Shown here piece by piece: positions 11,001 to 19,799 of a stretch of DNA of 64,000 nucleotides (position 1 is the first letter of the stretch; each line of letters opens with the position of its first letter). The notes under the pieces are model-generated. The model did not search any database and was not told the DNA's origin. It saw only the letters and a program-made list of their open reading frames with translations. Source of the DNA: a virus. Taxonomy: Duplodnaviria; Caudoviricetes. Location: the IMG/VR virus record IMGVR_UViG_3300000439_000004, positions 64,001 through 128,000 of that record; one strand, 5' to 3'. The translations under genes and the position numbers were made by a program.

Positions 11001-11895
11001 TGGTCAAGTTGATATGAGATATAATCAAATGGCGGTTGACCAAGATTATTTCGTTCCTGTTCGTGACCCAGCACAAACAATGCCAATTGAAACATTACCA
11101 GGTGCACAAAACTTAGGTGAAATTGCCGATATTGAATATATCCAAAAGAAAATGTTAGCTGCTTTACGTATACCTAAAGCGTTTTTGGGTTTTGAGGAAG
11201 TTGTTGGTGATGGTAAAAACTTAGCCTTAATGGATATTCGTTTTGCAAGAACTATCAATAAAATACAAAAATCTTTAATACAAGAATTAAATAAGATTGC
11301 ATTAATCCATTTATATCTATTAGGTTTAGAAGATGAATTAAATGAGTTTAGTTTATCGTTGACAAACCCATCAGCACAATCTGATTTATTGAGATTAGAA
11401 CAATGGAAAGAAAAAATTACATTATATAAAGATGCAACATCCGATCAATCTCAAATGGGTATATTACCAGTATCTCACACATGGGCTAAGAAAAATATCT
11501 TGGGTATGAGTGATAATGAGGTGATTTTAGATTTACAACAACAACGTTTAGAAAGAGCAATTGGATTTGAATTAACAAATACACAATTAATTATTAAACG
11601 TTCTGGTGTGTTTGATGAGATTGATTCTAAATATGGTATACCGGAAGAAGAAAGAGAAAAAATTGAAGCTCAAGGTGGTGGTGAAGCTCCGGGAGGAGGT
11701 GGAGGACCAATGGGTGGTGGTGGTGCACCTCCGGCAGGTGGAGGTGGTGAAGGACCATTAAGTGAATCAAAAAAACATAAAATATTAGGTATGTTGGGAG
11801 AAAGTGAAAATTTTTCTGATCTTTTTAATATGGAAAAGGCACAACAGAATATTTATGAAATAGAAACAAAAATAAAAGATATATTAAATGATTAA
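8032..11895 (+). CDS. Portal protein (T4 gp20-like) with two inteins
   Basis: PEISAALD, PYGT|SMLD, LAEDAMLIYRTSRAPERRVF, IETLPGAQNLGEIADIEY. Confidence 0.95.
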   Translation: MAEQNNMTVFQKLTRMFGYPGQTKSDEKPVSPSFNFSKDELLKTNSREEFETALLQSQQSNYIADKWSKLDQSIYNQSIYYEPNRISAYYDYESMEFCLAGDTKIATPNGFITIKELSDMGKDHEFIVYSYDHNLKKVVPAWARNAHHTRDEMTYKVIFDDGTHIIGTYDHRLMKRDGSFSRISELKPGDSMMPFYRKSFYNNKKYNWVYVCNSNEGHNGWISEHNLIAEWFYERKIEKTEEVHHLDFNGKNNLPENLKIMDINEHRSYHAKLNNEKLWSNPDFRQKMSEVAKRKGKLSWNGKRSGKNNPAYFHMPFDLITETAKKCKTLKGTSKALNIAHTKLQREIMWAGYKDWSTFCDAYGIEKSKYSTAKVKGDNYVLNHKVVSIEQYKIIPVYDLTVPGYKNFATDTIFSHNTPEISAALDIYAEESTTMSEKGEILTIYSESKRVKHILEDLFNTRLDINTNLQMWARGLCKYGDDFVYLKIDPEKGIVGCQQLPNVEIERVEGASSKSPQQMDNRVPTRELRFMWKNKDLEFQSWEIGHFRLLGDDRKLPYGTCLKYNTRIETENGYSEIQNIKIGDLVWSFDTITQTKVLSKVLDTVNSGIKKTYKISTKNNFIDVSKEHKVLYYNTNSKNFEYKNTLEFKIGDLLVINKTNKYNVNTIIDKTKPINNNNGYWNNIDCVPNVVTPEFAELFGYLIGDGWISNNAVYIALSEHKTINEKYVKYLEDFSGKSIKFHGGENNTSQGVCNSKMLKEILIQLGFSGKFNEKRIPKWVYSSSYDVRKSLLNGIIDSDGSLFIDKWNCLRYNIELSNEELIYDIKILVQSLGYKSGKISSRLRNGGKIGDRMFKTQSESFYFYFYESILSQKKKYDIQNRLNDDFIIEPIVSIEDSGEHETYDIFVENNNHNFYANGIVVHNSMLDKIRRIWKQLLLAEDAMLIYRTSRAPERRVFKIFVGNMDDKDIEPYVQRVANKFKRQPISDPTNGQVDMRYNQMAVDQDYFVPVRDPAQTMPIETLPGAQNLGEIADIEYIQKKMLAALRIPKAFLGFEEVVGDGKNLALMDIRFARTINKIQKSLIQELNKIALIHLYLLGLEDELNEFSLSLTNPSAQSDLLRLEQWKEKITLYKDATSDQSQMGILPVSHTWAKKNILGMSDNEVILDLQQQRLERAIGFELTNTQLIIKRSGVFDEIDSKYGIPEEEREKIEAQGGGEAPGGGGGPMGGGGAPPAGGGGEGPLSESKKHKILGMLGESENFSDLFNMEKAQQNIYEIETKIKDILND
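8323..9282 (+). mobile_element. Portal intein 1 (320 aa) with HNH endonuclease
   Basis: MEF|CLAGDT...GTYDH...EVHHLDFNGKNNLPENL...IFSHN|TPE. Confidence 0.92.
9712..10800 (+). mobile_element. Portal intein 2 (363 aa) with LAGLIDADG endonuclease
   Basis: PYGT|CLKYNT...FGYLIGDG...LNGIIDSDG...IVVHN|SML. Confidence 0.92.
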
Positions 11896-12637
11896 TAAAA
11901 TGAAAAAATTTGGTGATATAAAATCAAAAATGTTAACTAAGTTAACTGAATCTTATTCTAAACAAAATAAAGAAGAAATAAAATCAATATTAAATTTGAT
12001 TAAAGAAAATAAAGATTTTAAAGAACTTTATTTATTTTACGAAGAAATAGAAAATAAACATTTTGAAGATAAAGAAGTTGCTCAATTATATGTTGAACAA
12101 ATTGGTTCAATGTTAAAGGAAAGAAAACCTTTGGATGGTAAATTTATTAATAAATTATCATCGGTATTAAAAGATGTTGAAATTAATGAAAATGAAATTT
12201 ATAATAGTTTAGATATATTATGTGAGGAAGATTCATTATTAAACATTGATAAAAAAGTAATATCAAAGAAAAAACTTGTAGACTATTTATTAATTAAGAA
12301 AAATGTTGTTGAAAATACCGGTATAAAATATGTTCAAAACGAAACTTTATTACACTCAGTTTTAGCAAATAATTTTAATGTACTTTATGATAACACGTTG
12401 AGCGAAAGCGAAAAAGATGAATTAAAAACTATTTTATCCTTATCACAAGAAGAATTAACAAACAAAACTACTGAATTAAAAGAATCTATTAATTTACAAA
12501 TTGAAAATTTATTAAAAGAATCATCTACTGACGAATTAAAAAACTCACTTGATAAAGTGAAGGAAGAAATTAAAACGATGGATACATCGAAACATAATTA
12601 TTACAGATTAACACAATTAAAAAATGGTCTTATTTAA
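11888..12637 (+). CDS. Hypothetical helical protein in the head module
   Basis: 249-aa ORF overlapping the portal stop. Confidence 0.7.
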   Translation: MINKMKKFGDIKSKMLTKLTESYSKQNKEEIKSILNLIKENKDFKELYLFYEEIENKHFEDKEVAQLYVEQIGSMLKERKPLDGKFINKLSSVLKDVEINENEIYNSLDILCEEDSLLNIDKKVISKKKLVDYLLIKKNVVENTGIKYVQNETLLHSVLANNFNVLYDNTLSESEKDELKTILSLSQEELTNKTTELKESINLQIENLLKESSTDELKNSLDKVKEEIKTMDTSKHNYYRLTQLKNGLI

Positions 12638-12649
12638 GACCATTTTTTA
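12618..12649. terminator. Bidirectional hairpin overlapping two convergent stop codons
   Basis: TAAAAAATGGTCTTA-TT-TAAGACCATTTTTTA perfect inverted repeat. Confidence 0.75.
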
Positions 12650-12821
12650 TTTTCTCAGTATGTATTGCCCTTAACTTACTATCTCTCTTTTCAACAGAAG
12701 GTTTAATATATTCCTTTCTATTTTTTAAATCCTGAAGTTGTCTTGTCTTTTGAACTTTTTGTTTATAAGTTCTCAATGCAGCATCAATACTTTTTTCTTT
12801 TGTTACGTCAATTATAATCAT
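12630..12821 (-). CDS. rpsU: Phage-encoded ribosomal protein bS21
   Basis: MIIIDVTKEKSIDAALRTYKQKVQKT...RKEYIKPSVEKR matches the bS21 pattern; start ATG 12821 (63 aa). Confidence 0.88.
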   Translation of the reverse strand: MIIIDVTKEKSIDAALRTYKQKVQKTRQLQDLKNRKEYIKPSVEKRDSKLRAIHTEKIKNGLK

Positions 12822-12838
12822 AATATAAATAATTACTG

Positions 12839-12846
12839 CAAATATA
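12839..12846 (-). promoter_or_regulatory. Bacteroidota-type -7 promoter element upstream of bS21
   Basis: TATATTTG matches TAnnTTTG. Confidence 0.55.
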
Positions 12847-12926
12847 ATAATAAATTTTGTACTATGAAATATTTTGTTTAAATTTATTATTAACAATAAA
12901 CAGAATATAAAATATGTGTAAAATTA

Positions 12927-13349
12927 ATGAAGACAGGAAAGTATATACCTTTAGGGTATTATAATAACGTAAAGATAGGTTATGGTACAGTAGACTTTAA
13001 GAACTTAAAAACAATTTATTTATCCTTTAATGCATGGGTACAACCAGAAGAAATGGAAGATTTTGATAGTTGTATTTTTAAAACAAGAAGAAGAGTAAAA
13101 GAATACATTGGAGACTTACAAGATAAATATTTTAAACAACAATGTATTGTAGATTTGGATGTGAGGACTAAAGGAATAAAATTAGAAAAAAGATCTTTTA
13201 TGGATTTGGAAATAACTTTATTTGTTAATTCACATTTTGATGTTAAATCAAAAGACACAAAAAATAAAATCAAAAATATCTTAGAATCCGTTATTGACAA
13301 TAGTTTTAGCGATAAAAAATTGTTCAATTTTCATAAAACTAAGAAATAA
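12927..13349 (+). CDS. Hypothetical protein
   Basis: 140-aa ORF divergent from bS21. Confidence 0.7.
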   Translation: MKTGKYIPLGYYNNVKIGYGTVDFKNLKTIYLSFNAWVQPEEMEDFDSCIFKTRRRVKEYIGDLQDKYFKQQCIVDLDVRTKGIKLEKRSFMDLEITLFVNSHFDVKSKDTKNKIKNILESVIDNSFSDKKLFNFHKTKK

Positions 13350-13388
13350 TAAGAATATCGACATATTTATAGTAATAACAAACTATAA

Positions 13389-13457
13389 ATGAAGGTATTA
13401 AAAGAAAAAAGATTATCTGCTAATGGGTATAAATGGAAATATTCTAATATTTATTAG
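13389..13457 (+). pseudogene. Mini-ORF ending in a NUMOD1-like endonuclease tail (relic)
   Basis: MKVLKEKRLSANGYKWKYSNIY*; resembles the end of ORF 53131 (KGRYKTTGGFKFTY). Confidence 0.5.
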
Positions 13458-13460
13458 GAT

Positions 13461-15308
13461 ATGGATAAGAATACAACATATAAAGATAATAGAATCCTTT
13501 TAATCGAATACGATGCAGGATACGTATCTCCTAAAGAAAATACTAAGATTATACAGGAAATGAAGGATTTGGACTATTCAGAAGACCTTATCCTTTATGC
13601 TGTGCTACAAAAATATGATACACCAAATAAGAATGGTAGAATTTATCCCGAAGTATTATTAAAGAGGGAAAACGAAAAATATCAATCTGTAATTAAAAAA
13701 GGTAGTGCTTTAAATGAATTAAATCACCCTTCATGTCACACGGGTGATGTTGATATTTTAACAACCTCTGGTTGGAAAAATATCCAAAATTTAAGTGAGT
13801 TTGAAGAAATTATCACATTAAATGAAAATGGTGTTCAAGAGAACAAAAAAATTTATTCAACGGTAAAAGAAAAATATAAAGGTAAGATGATTCGATTATA
13901 TGGTCGTAACATTAATACTTTAGTAACTCCTAACCATAAATTTCCTGTTATAAACAATAAAAAATTTTCATTTATAACATCAGAAGAAATTTTAAAATCT
14001 TTTAATCAAAATAATAAACTTTCAAATTTTTATATACCTAAAGTAAGTAAAGTAAATGATTTGAAAAATGAATATTTTAAATTGGAAGGGGTTTTAGAAA
14101 ATGAATTTGATATAAGATGTGAGGAAGATGTTAAATTTTTATATAAAAAAGATTTATATATACCTATGGATGTTTTTATGTGGTTTATGGGTATATATTT
14201 ATCTGAAGGACATGTTGGTTTAAGTAGCGTTAAAAAAAGAAAATCAATTCTTTCAAATGGTGAAACATGTTACTATGAATCATCCGATAATGGTTATATT
14301 GTTGGTATTTCGCAAAAAAAAGAAGAATCTACAGAATTAATTGAGGGATTATTATCTTTTTTACCGTTTAATGTAAAAAAATATGTTAAAAAAAATGGTA
14401 CAACTTCATTTATAATTAATGATAGACGATTGTGGAAATTTTTAAAACCTTTGGGAAAATCACATCAAAAATATATCCCTGAAATCTTAAAAAATCAATC
14501 ACCTGAAAATTTAGAAAACCTTATTAAATGGTTTAAATTAGGAGACGGTAGAACTATTGGAAAATACAACCAATCTGATATATTTTCAACATCAGAAAAA
14601 TTAATTAATGATTTGCAAGAAATTCTAATAAAAACAGGTAAGTCTGGAAATATTAGAAAAGAAATAAGAAATAAAGATAGGTTTATTATTGAAGATAATG
14701 GTAAAAAACGTCTAATAAAAGGTGAAAATACCAAAGACATGTGGTTTTTAACATTATCAAAAACAAATGGGATATATTTAGACAATCGTAGTCTTAAAGT
14801 TACTGAAGAAGATTTCGATGACTATGTTTATTCTGTTGACGTTCCAAACCATACGTATTATGTTAGAAGTAATGGTAAGTGTCATTGGACTGGAAATTCT
14901 TCACTTATCGACTTAGATAGAGTTTCACATTCAATATTGGAAACATGGTGGGATGGAAAAATGTTAATGGGGAAAATTAAATTATTCACATCACCAGGTT
15001 GGAAAAAAATGGGCATTGTTAGTACCAAGGGTGACCAAGCTGCAATGTTATTAATGAACGGAGCAACACTTGGTATTTCTTCACGCGGTGTTGGTTCATT
15101 AAAGAATGTTAAAGGACAAAACATAGTTCAAGATGATTTTGAATTAGTGTGTTTTGACTTAGTATCATCACCATCTACACCTGGTGCATACATTTTTGCA
15201 GATCCATCTGAAAGAGACCAATATCAAGAATCTGAAGGAGAAAAACCTGCGGTAGACGATCGCATGAAAAAATTAATGGGTAATTTAAATAATTTTTTAT
15301 CAAAATAA
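13461..15308 (+). CDS. Prohead core protease (T4 gp21-like) with intein
   Basis: NKNGRIYP, ELNHP, RVSH, GISSRGVGS, DLVSSPSTPGA. Confidence 0.95.
   Translation: MDKNTTYKDNRILLIEYDAGYVSPKENTKIIQEMKDLDYSEDLILYAVLQKYDTPNKNGRIYPEVLLKRENEKYQSVIKKGSALNELNHPSCHTGDVDILTTSGWKNIQNLSEFEEIITLNENGVQENKKIYSTVKEKYKGKMIRLYGRNINTLVTPNHKFPVINNKKFSFITSEEILKSFNQNNKLSNFYIPKVSKVNDLKNEYFKLEGVLENEFDIRCEEDVKFLYKKDLYIPMDVFMWFMGIYLSEGHVGLSSVKKRKSILSNGETCYYESSDNGYIVGISQKKEESTELIEGLLSFLPFNVKKYVKKNGTTSFIINDRRLWKFLKPLGKSHQKYIPEILKNQSPENLENLIKWFKLGDGRTIGKYNQSDIFSTSEKLINDLQEILIKTGKSGNIRKEIRNKDRFIIEDNGKKRLIKGENTKDMWFLTLSKTNGIYLDNRSLKVTEEDFDDYVYSVDVPNHTYYVRSNGKCHWTGNSSLIDLDRVSHSILETWWDGKMLMGKIKLFTSPGWKKMGIVSTKGDQAAMLLMNGATLGISSRGVGSLKNVKGQNIVQDDFELVCFDLVSSPSTPGAYIFADPSERDQYQESEGEKPAVDDRMKKLMGNLNNFLSK
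13734..14897 (+). mobile_element. Intein with LAGLIDADG endonuclease in prohead protease (388 aa, ends Gly-Asn)
   Basis: NHPS|CHTGDV...VTPNH...MGIYLSEG...LGDG...HWTGN|SSL. Confidence 0.9.
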
Positions 15309-15387
15309 CCACTTTTTTATTGATTTTAATAGAGAAAAAATAGTTTTTCAAAAAAACATAATATTTATAATAAAATAAAAAATACAA

Positions 15388-16842
15388 ATGAGTCAAAAAT
15401 CCATTTTAGAACAAGCTTTACTTCAAGTACAAAATCTTGAAGATGCAGTAAAAGTAAACGCAAAAGGAATACTTGAATCTACCATGAAACAAGAATTAAA
15501 AGATTTACTTAAAGAAAGTATGGAAGAAGAGGAAGATGTAACAACAGAAGCAGATGACGATGTTGATACGAATCCTGACGAAGAGGAAACAGATGATATG
15601 TCAGACGACACAGATGAAACAGATGTAGATGATACAGATGGTAATGAAGGTGACGATACTGAAAATGATGAAGACCTTGATAAAGAACCTGATAATGATT
15701 CAGATGATTATGGAAATGATGAGGATTCTTTAGACGAAGAAGGTGAAGAAGATGAACCATCAATTGATGATTCAGATGATTCAGATGATTCAGATGTTAT
15801 GGACATGACTGGTGCATCACATGATGAAGTTTTGAAAGTTTTTAAAGCAATGAAACCAGAAGATGGTATTGTAGTTAAAAAAGATGGAAACAAAATTGAA
15901 TTTAATGATGGTGAGTCAGATTACATTATCAAATTAGATGATGAAGGTGAAATGGATGAAAATTGGGAGCACGATATGGCTGAAAACGATAATCCATTCG
16001 ATAAAAAAGTTGGTAATCCAAAAATGAGACCTGGACATTCAGTTATTACTGGAAAAGGAGCTGGTTCACATAGTGAAACTTTTAATAAACCTTCAACGGA
16101 AGACCATGATCCATTCGATAAAAAAGTTGGTAATCCAAAAATGAGACCTGGACATTCAGTTGCAATTGACGAAAATGATGAACCATTTTCTAAGAAAGTT
16201 ACTGGTAAATTAAAATCAGAAAAAGGTCATTCAGTAGCAATGGACGAAAATGGTGATCCTTATTCTAAAAAAACAAGTCAACCAAAAATGAGACCTGGTC
16301 ATTCAGTAGCAATGGACGAAACAGACGAAACTGTTTATGAAATTGAACTTGATGACGAAGGTAAAGAAGGTGATCAAAATGAAGCATCAAGAACATTCGG
16401 TAATGGAGTAAGAGGACCAAGACAAAAATATACGTATCAAGCTGGTCGTCACGAAATGAACGAAGAAATTAGTAAATTAAGAAAACAAAACGCTGAGTAT
16501 AAGAAAGCTTTAGTTTTATTCAAAGACAAACTTAACGAGGTTGCAGTATTCAACGCTAATCTTGCACACATGACATGTTTATTTACCGAACAAACAACAA
16601 CTAAAAAAGAGAAATTGAATATTATTAAGAGATTTGATTCAATTTCTTCAATAAACGAATCAAAAAATTTGTTTAGAATAATCGAAACTGAATTAACTGA
16701 CAAAAAACCAATTAGTGAAGCAGTAGTAGAAAAAATCTCTATGACACCAACATCTTCTTCTACGAATGTATTATCAGAAGCAAAAGCATATGAAAATCCA
16801 CAATTCAAGAGAATGAAAGATTTAATGTCAAAATTAAAATAA
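15388..16842 (+). CDS. Prohead core/scaffold protein
   Basis: Lies between protease and major capsid genes; acidic, with a coiled-coil C-terminus. Confidence 0.75.
   Translation: MSQKSILEQALLQVQNLEDAVKVNAKGILESTMKQELKDLLKESMEEEEDVTTEADDDVDTNPDEEETDDMSDDTDETDVDDTDGNEGDDTENDEDLDKEPDNDSDDYGNDEDSLDEEGEEDEPSIDDSDDSDDSDVMDMTGASHDEVLKVFKAMKPEDGIVVKKDGNKIEFNDGESDYIIKLDDEGEMDENWEHDMAENDNPFDKKVGNPKMRPGHSVITGKGAGSHSETFNKPSTEDHDPFDKKVGNPKMRPGHSVAIDENDEPFSKKVTGKLKSEKGHSVAMDENGDPYSKKTSQPKMRPGHSVAMDETDETVYEIELDDEGKEGDQNEASRTFGNGVRGPRQKYTYQAGRHEMNEEISKLRKQNAEYKKALVLFKDKLNEVAVFNANLAHMTCLFTEQTTTKKEKLNIIKRFDSISSINESKNLFRIIETELTDKKPISEAVVEKISMTPTSSSTNVLSEAKAYENPQFKRMKDLMSKLK
15992..16320 (+). repeat. Four-copy intragenic repeat (PFDKKVGNPKMRPGHSV-like)
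   Basis: Two near-identical ~52-nt copies plus two diverged copies. Confidence 0.8.
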
Positions 16843-16882
16843 AAATAAATAAAAATAAAACAAAAATTAAAAAACAATTAAA

Positions 16883-18673
16883 ATGGGAGCATTATTAGAA
16901 TCAGGTATGGTTGGTAATATAGGGTTAAAACACCTTAGAGTTATCAAAGAAGATACCATCAGCAAATGGGACTCATTAGGATTCTTAGAGGGTCTTGATG
17001 GTCATCAAAGAGAAAACGTGGCGCAATTATACGAAAACCAAGCGTCATATTTGATAAACGAAGCAGCGACTGCAGATGCATCAGGTTCTTTTGAAACTGT
17101 TGTATTCCCTATCATCAGACGTGTATTCTCTAAATTATTAGCGAATGATATCGTATCTGTACAGGCAATGAACTTACCAATTGGTAAATTGTTCTTCTTC
17201 ATTCCAAAAATACAAGATAGATATTCTGATCCTTTAACAGGACCAAACTCACACTACCACCCTTACGGTTATCCAAGTACTTCTTCTACATGGAACGAAG
17301 GTTACTTAAACCAAGCACAAAATTTATATGATCGTTTTTACACTAACGGTGATGGTAACGATGCTAATTCAAGTTTATATGACTATTCTAAAGGTCAATA
17401 TTCTGCAATCACTGGTATTGTACCAGCATCTGCAGTTACTTTTAGTAATGGTGTAGTTAGTTCATTACCACTTACTGGTATAACAGGTACAAGTGCACAA
17501 CCTTACATAGTGTTAGCATTTACTGGTTTCACTACAACAGGTGAAGGTCAATTAATCGGTCCAAATGGTAACATTATGGACACAGAAGAATTCTTAGCAT
17601 CTATGGAAATTTTCATTGGTGGTTCTTTAAGTTCAAATACTTATCAAGGTTCTTTATCAAGAAATTTCTCTATCGTTACACAAAAATATGGTAAAGGTAT
17701 TGTTGAGTACGGTCAAAAATTAACTTCAACATTCCCAACACAATCAAGTGGTCAATATTATGTTGATACTGTAAACCAACAAGGTACAATGTATGTTCAA
17801 GTGGATATGCAAAACTACACTACAACTGGTTTCACTAACATAGTACCAGGTACAGGTTTCACATTATCTGATTTTTCACTAAGTTATAGAGTATACGATA
17901 CATTGGAATTTGAAGATCAAATTGGTGAGGTATCTTTTGATTTGCAATCTGTAACTGTTTCTGTAACAGAAAGAAAATTAAGAGCATCATGGTCTCCTGA
18001 ATTGGCTCAAGACGTAAGTGCTTTCCATAACATTGATGCTGAAGCTGAATTAACCGCTTTATTATCTGAACAAATTGCAGCAGAAGTTGACCGTGAAATC
18101 CTTCGTGATTTGAGAAAAGGTGCAGCATGGAATGCTAAATGGGATTACAATGAGTGGAGATATGGTGGTGCTAACGGTGCTACTTTACAAGGTTACACTC
18201 AAAAAGACTGGAACCAAACATTGATTACAAAAATCAATCAGTTATCAGCTCAAATCCATAAAACTACTTTAAGAGGTGGTGCTAACTGGATCGTTGTTTC
18301 ATCAGAAGTTTCTGCAGTATTCGATGATTTAGAGTACTTCCACGTTTCAAACGCATCTCCTGAAGAAGATCAATACAACATGGGTATCGAGAAAATTGGT
18401 ACTTTAGGTGGTCGTTATCAAGTTTATCGTGATCCATACTTCCCACCTAACAAAGTGTTAATTGGACATAAAGGTAAATCATTGTTAGATAGTGGTTACA
18501 TATACGCACCATACGTGCCATTGCAACTTACCCCAACAATGTTTAATCCGTTCACTATGACACCGATTAAAGGTATCATGACTAGATACGCGAAAAAAAT
18601 GGTCAATAACCGCTACTTCGGGGTTATTACCGTAAGAGGTATTCAAGTGTTTAACAATGACACATTAAGATAA
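16883..18673 (+). CDS. Major capsid protein (T4 gp23-like)
   Basis: RKLRASWSPELAQD, DAEAELTALLSEQIAAEVDREI, YAPYVPL, GIMTRYA. Confidence 0.97.
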   Translation: MGALLESGMVGNIGLKHLRVIKEDTISKWDSLGFLEGLDGHQRENVAQLYENQASYLINEAATADASGSFETVVFPIIRRVFSKLLANDIVSVQAMNLPIGKLFFFIPKIQDRYSDPLTGPNSHYHPYGYPSTSSTWNEGYLNQAQNLYDRFYTNGDGNDANSSLYDYSKGQYSAITGIVPASAVTFSNGVVSSLPLTGITGTSAQPYIVLAFTGFTTTGEGQLIGPNGNIMDTEEFLASMEIFIGGSLSSNTYQGSLSRNFSIVTQKYGKGIVEYGQKLTSTFPTQSSGQYYVDTVNQQGTMYVQVDMQNYTTTGFTNIVPGTGFTLSDFSLSYRVYDTLEFEDQIGEVSFDLQSVTVSVTERKLRASWSPELAQDVSAFHNIDAEAELTALLSEQIAAEVDREILRDLRKGAAWNAKWDYNEWRYGGANGATLQGYTQKDWNQTLITKINQLSAQIHKTTLRGGANWIVVSSEVSAVFDDLEYFHVSNASPEEDQYNMGIEKIGTLGGRYQVYRDPYFPPNKVLIGHKGKSLLDSGYIYAPYVPLQLTPTMFNPFTMTPIKGIMTRYAKKMVNNRYFGVITVRGIQVFNNDTLR

Positions 18674-18691
18674 TCTTATAAAAAACAAAAT

Positions 18692-18722
18692 AAAAAACCT
18701 TCGAGAAATCGAAGGTTTTTTT
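18692..18722 (+). terminator. Intrinsic terminator after the capsid gene
   Basis: AAAAAACCTTCGA-GAAA-TCGAAGGTTTTTT. Confidence 0.9.
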
Positions 18723-18777
18723 ATGTCTTTTAATTGACAATTGATTTTTTGGTGTATTTATATTATATTTGTTTATT

Positions 18778-19464
18778 ATGAAGAAAAAAGAAATTACCGA
18801 AGAAGGGTTGAAAAATTTAATAAAAGATTATACTGATAATTTTTTAAGTTCAAACACATTATCTGAAAAATATGATTTACCTAAAAAAAGAGTTTTATTA
18901 ATATTAAAAGAAAATAATATTAAAATGAGAAATTCTGGAAGATTAGATCTTGGTGGAAAAAAAATTGCAAATAAAAAATGGATTGAATTAAATAAAGAAT
19001 ATGTTAGTAAAAAACAAAAAGAATGGTATGAAGATAATAAAGAATATAGAAAAAATTATCTAAAAGAATATCGAAAAAATAATTACGAAAAAATAAAAGA
19101 AACAAAACGTAATTATGAAAAAACGCGTAAATCAAATGATCCGTTATATAAATTAATTGGTAATTTTAGGACAGCAATTTATATTGTTCTAAAAGAAAAT
19201 AACATAAAAAAATATGGACATTATTTTGATATATTAGGTTATAAACCGAAGGATTTGATAGAACATTTGGAAAAAAAATTTACGGATGAGATGACATGGG
19301 ATAATTATGGTGAATGGCATGTTGATCATAAATTACCAATAACATCATTTAATTTTAAAGATATAAATGATGAGGAGTTTAAAAAATGTTGGTCGTTGGA
19401 TAATCTTCAACCAATGTGGGGTTCTGAAAACATATCTAAATCTAATAAATTATTTTTTGCTTAA
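18778..19464 (+). CDS. Free-standing HNH-type endonuclease
   Basis: WDNYGEWHVDHKLP...NLQPMWGSENISKSNK; start ATG 18778. Confidence 0.75.
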   Translation: MKKKEITEEGLKNLIKDYTDNFLSSNTLSEKYDLPKKRVLLILKENNIKMRNSGRLDLGGKKIANKKWIELNKEYVSKKQKEWYEDNKEYRKNYLKEYRKNNYEKIKETKRNYEKTRKSNDPLYKLIGNFRTAIYIVLKENNIKKYGHYFDILGYKPKDLIEHLEKKFTDEMTWDNYGEWHVDHKLPITSFNFKDINDEEFKKCWSLDNLQPMWGSENISKSNKLFFA

Positions 19465-19486
19465 TAATTTTTTTTTATTATATTTG
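19456..19486 (+). promoter_or_regulatory. Bacteroidota-type sigma70 promoter
   Basis: TTTG-N19-TATATTTG, 4 nt before ATG 19491. Confidence 0.65.
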
Positions 19487-19490
19487 TGTT

Positions 19491-19799
19491 ATGGGAGAAA
19501 TTGAATATGAAAAACTACGTTTAGATGTTTTACAAAAATTAATTGAAGAACGTGGAATTGAATGTAAATCAAACAAAACAGAAATAATAAAACATCTTAT
19601 AATGGATGATGAAGGAAAGTATATTAGAGAAACGACATATGAGAAATATGGAAAAGATATGTTTCTTTGTGGTATTGATATAAAAAATCAAAAACACATT
19701 ATGGATATGAGTAAACTAATAGAAAAAAAAGAAGCAAAAAGATTCGATATGTATTCAAATAATAGAATACATTATATAACAAAACAAAAATTAATGTAA
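19491..19799 (+). CDS. Small protein with an N-terminal SAP/HeH-like motif
   Basis: YEKLRLDVLQKLIEERGI...KTEIIKHL. Confidence 0.5.
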   Translation: MGEIEYEKLRLDVLQKLIEERGIECKSNKTEIIKHLIMDDEGKYIRETTYEKYGKDMFLCGIDIKNQKHIMDMSKLIEKKEAKRFDMYSNNRIHYITKQKLM

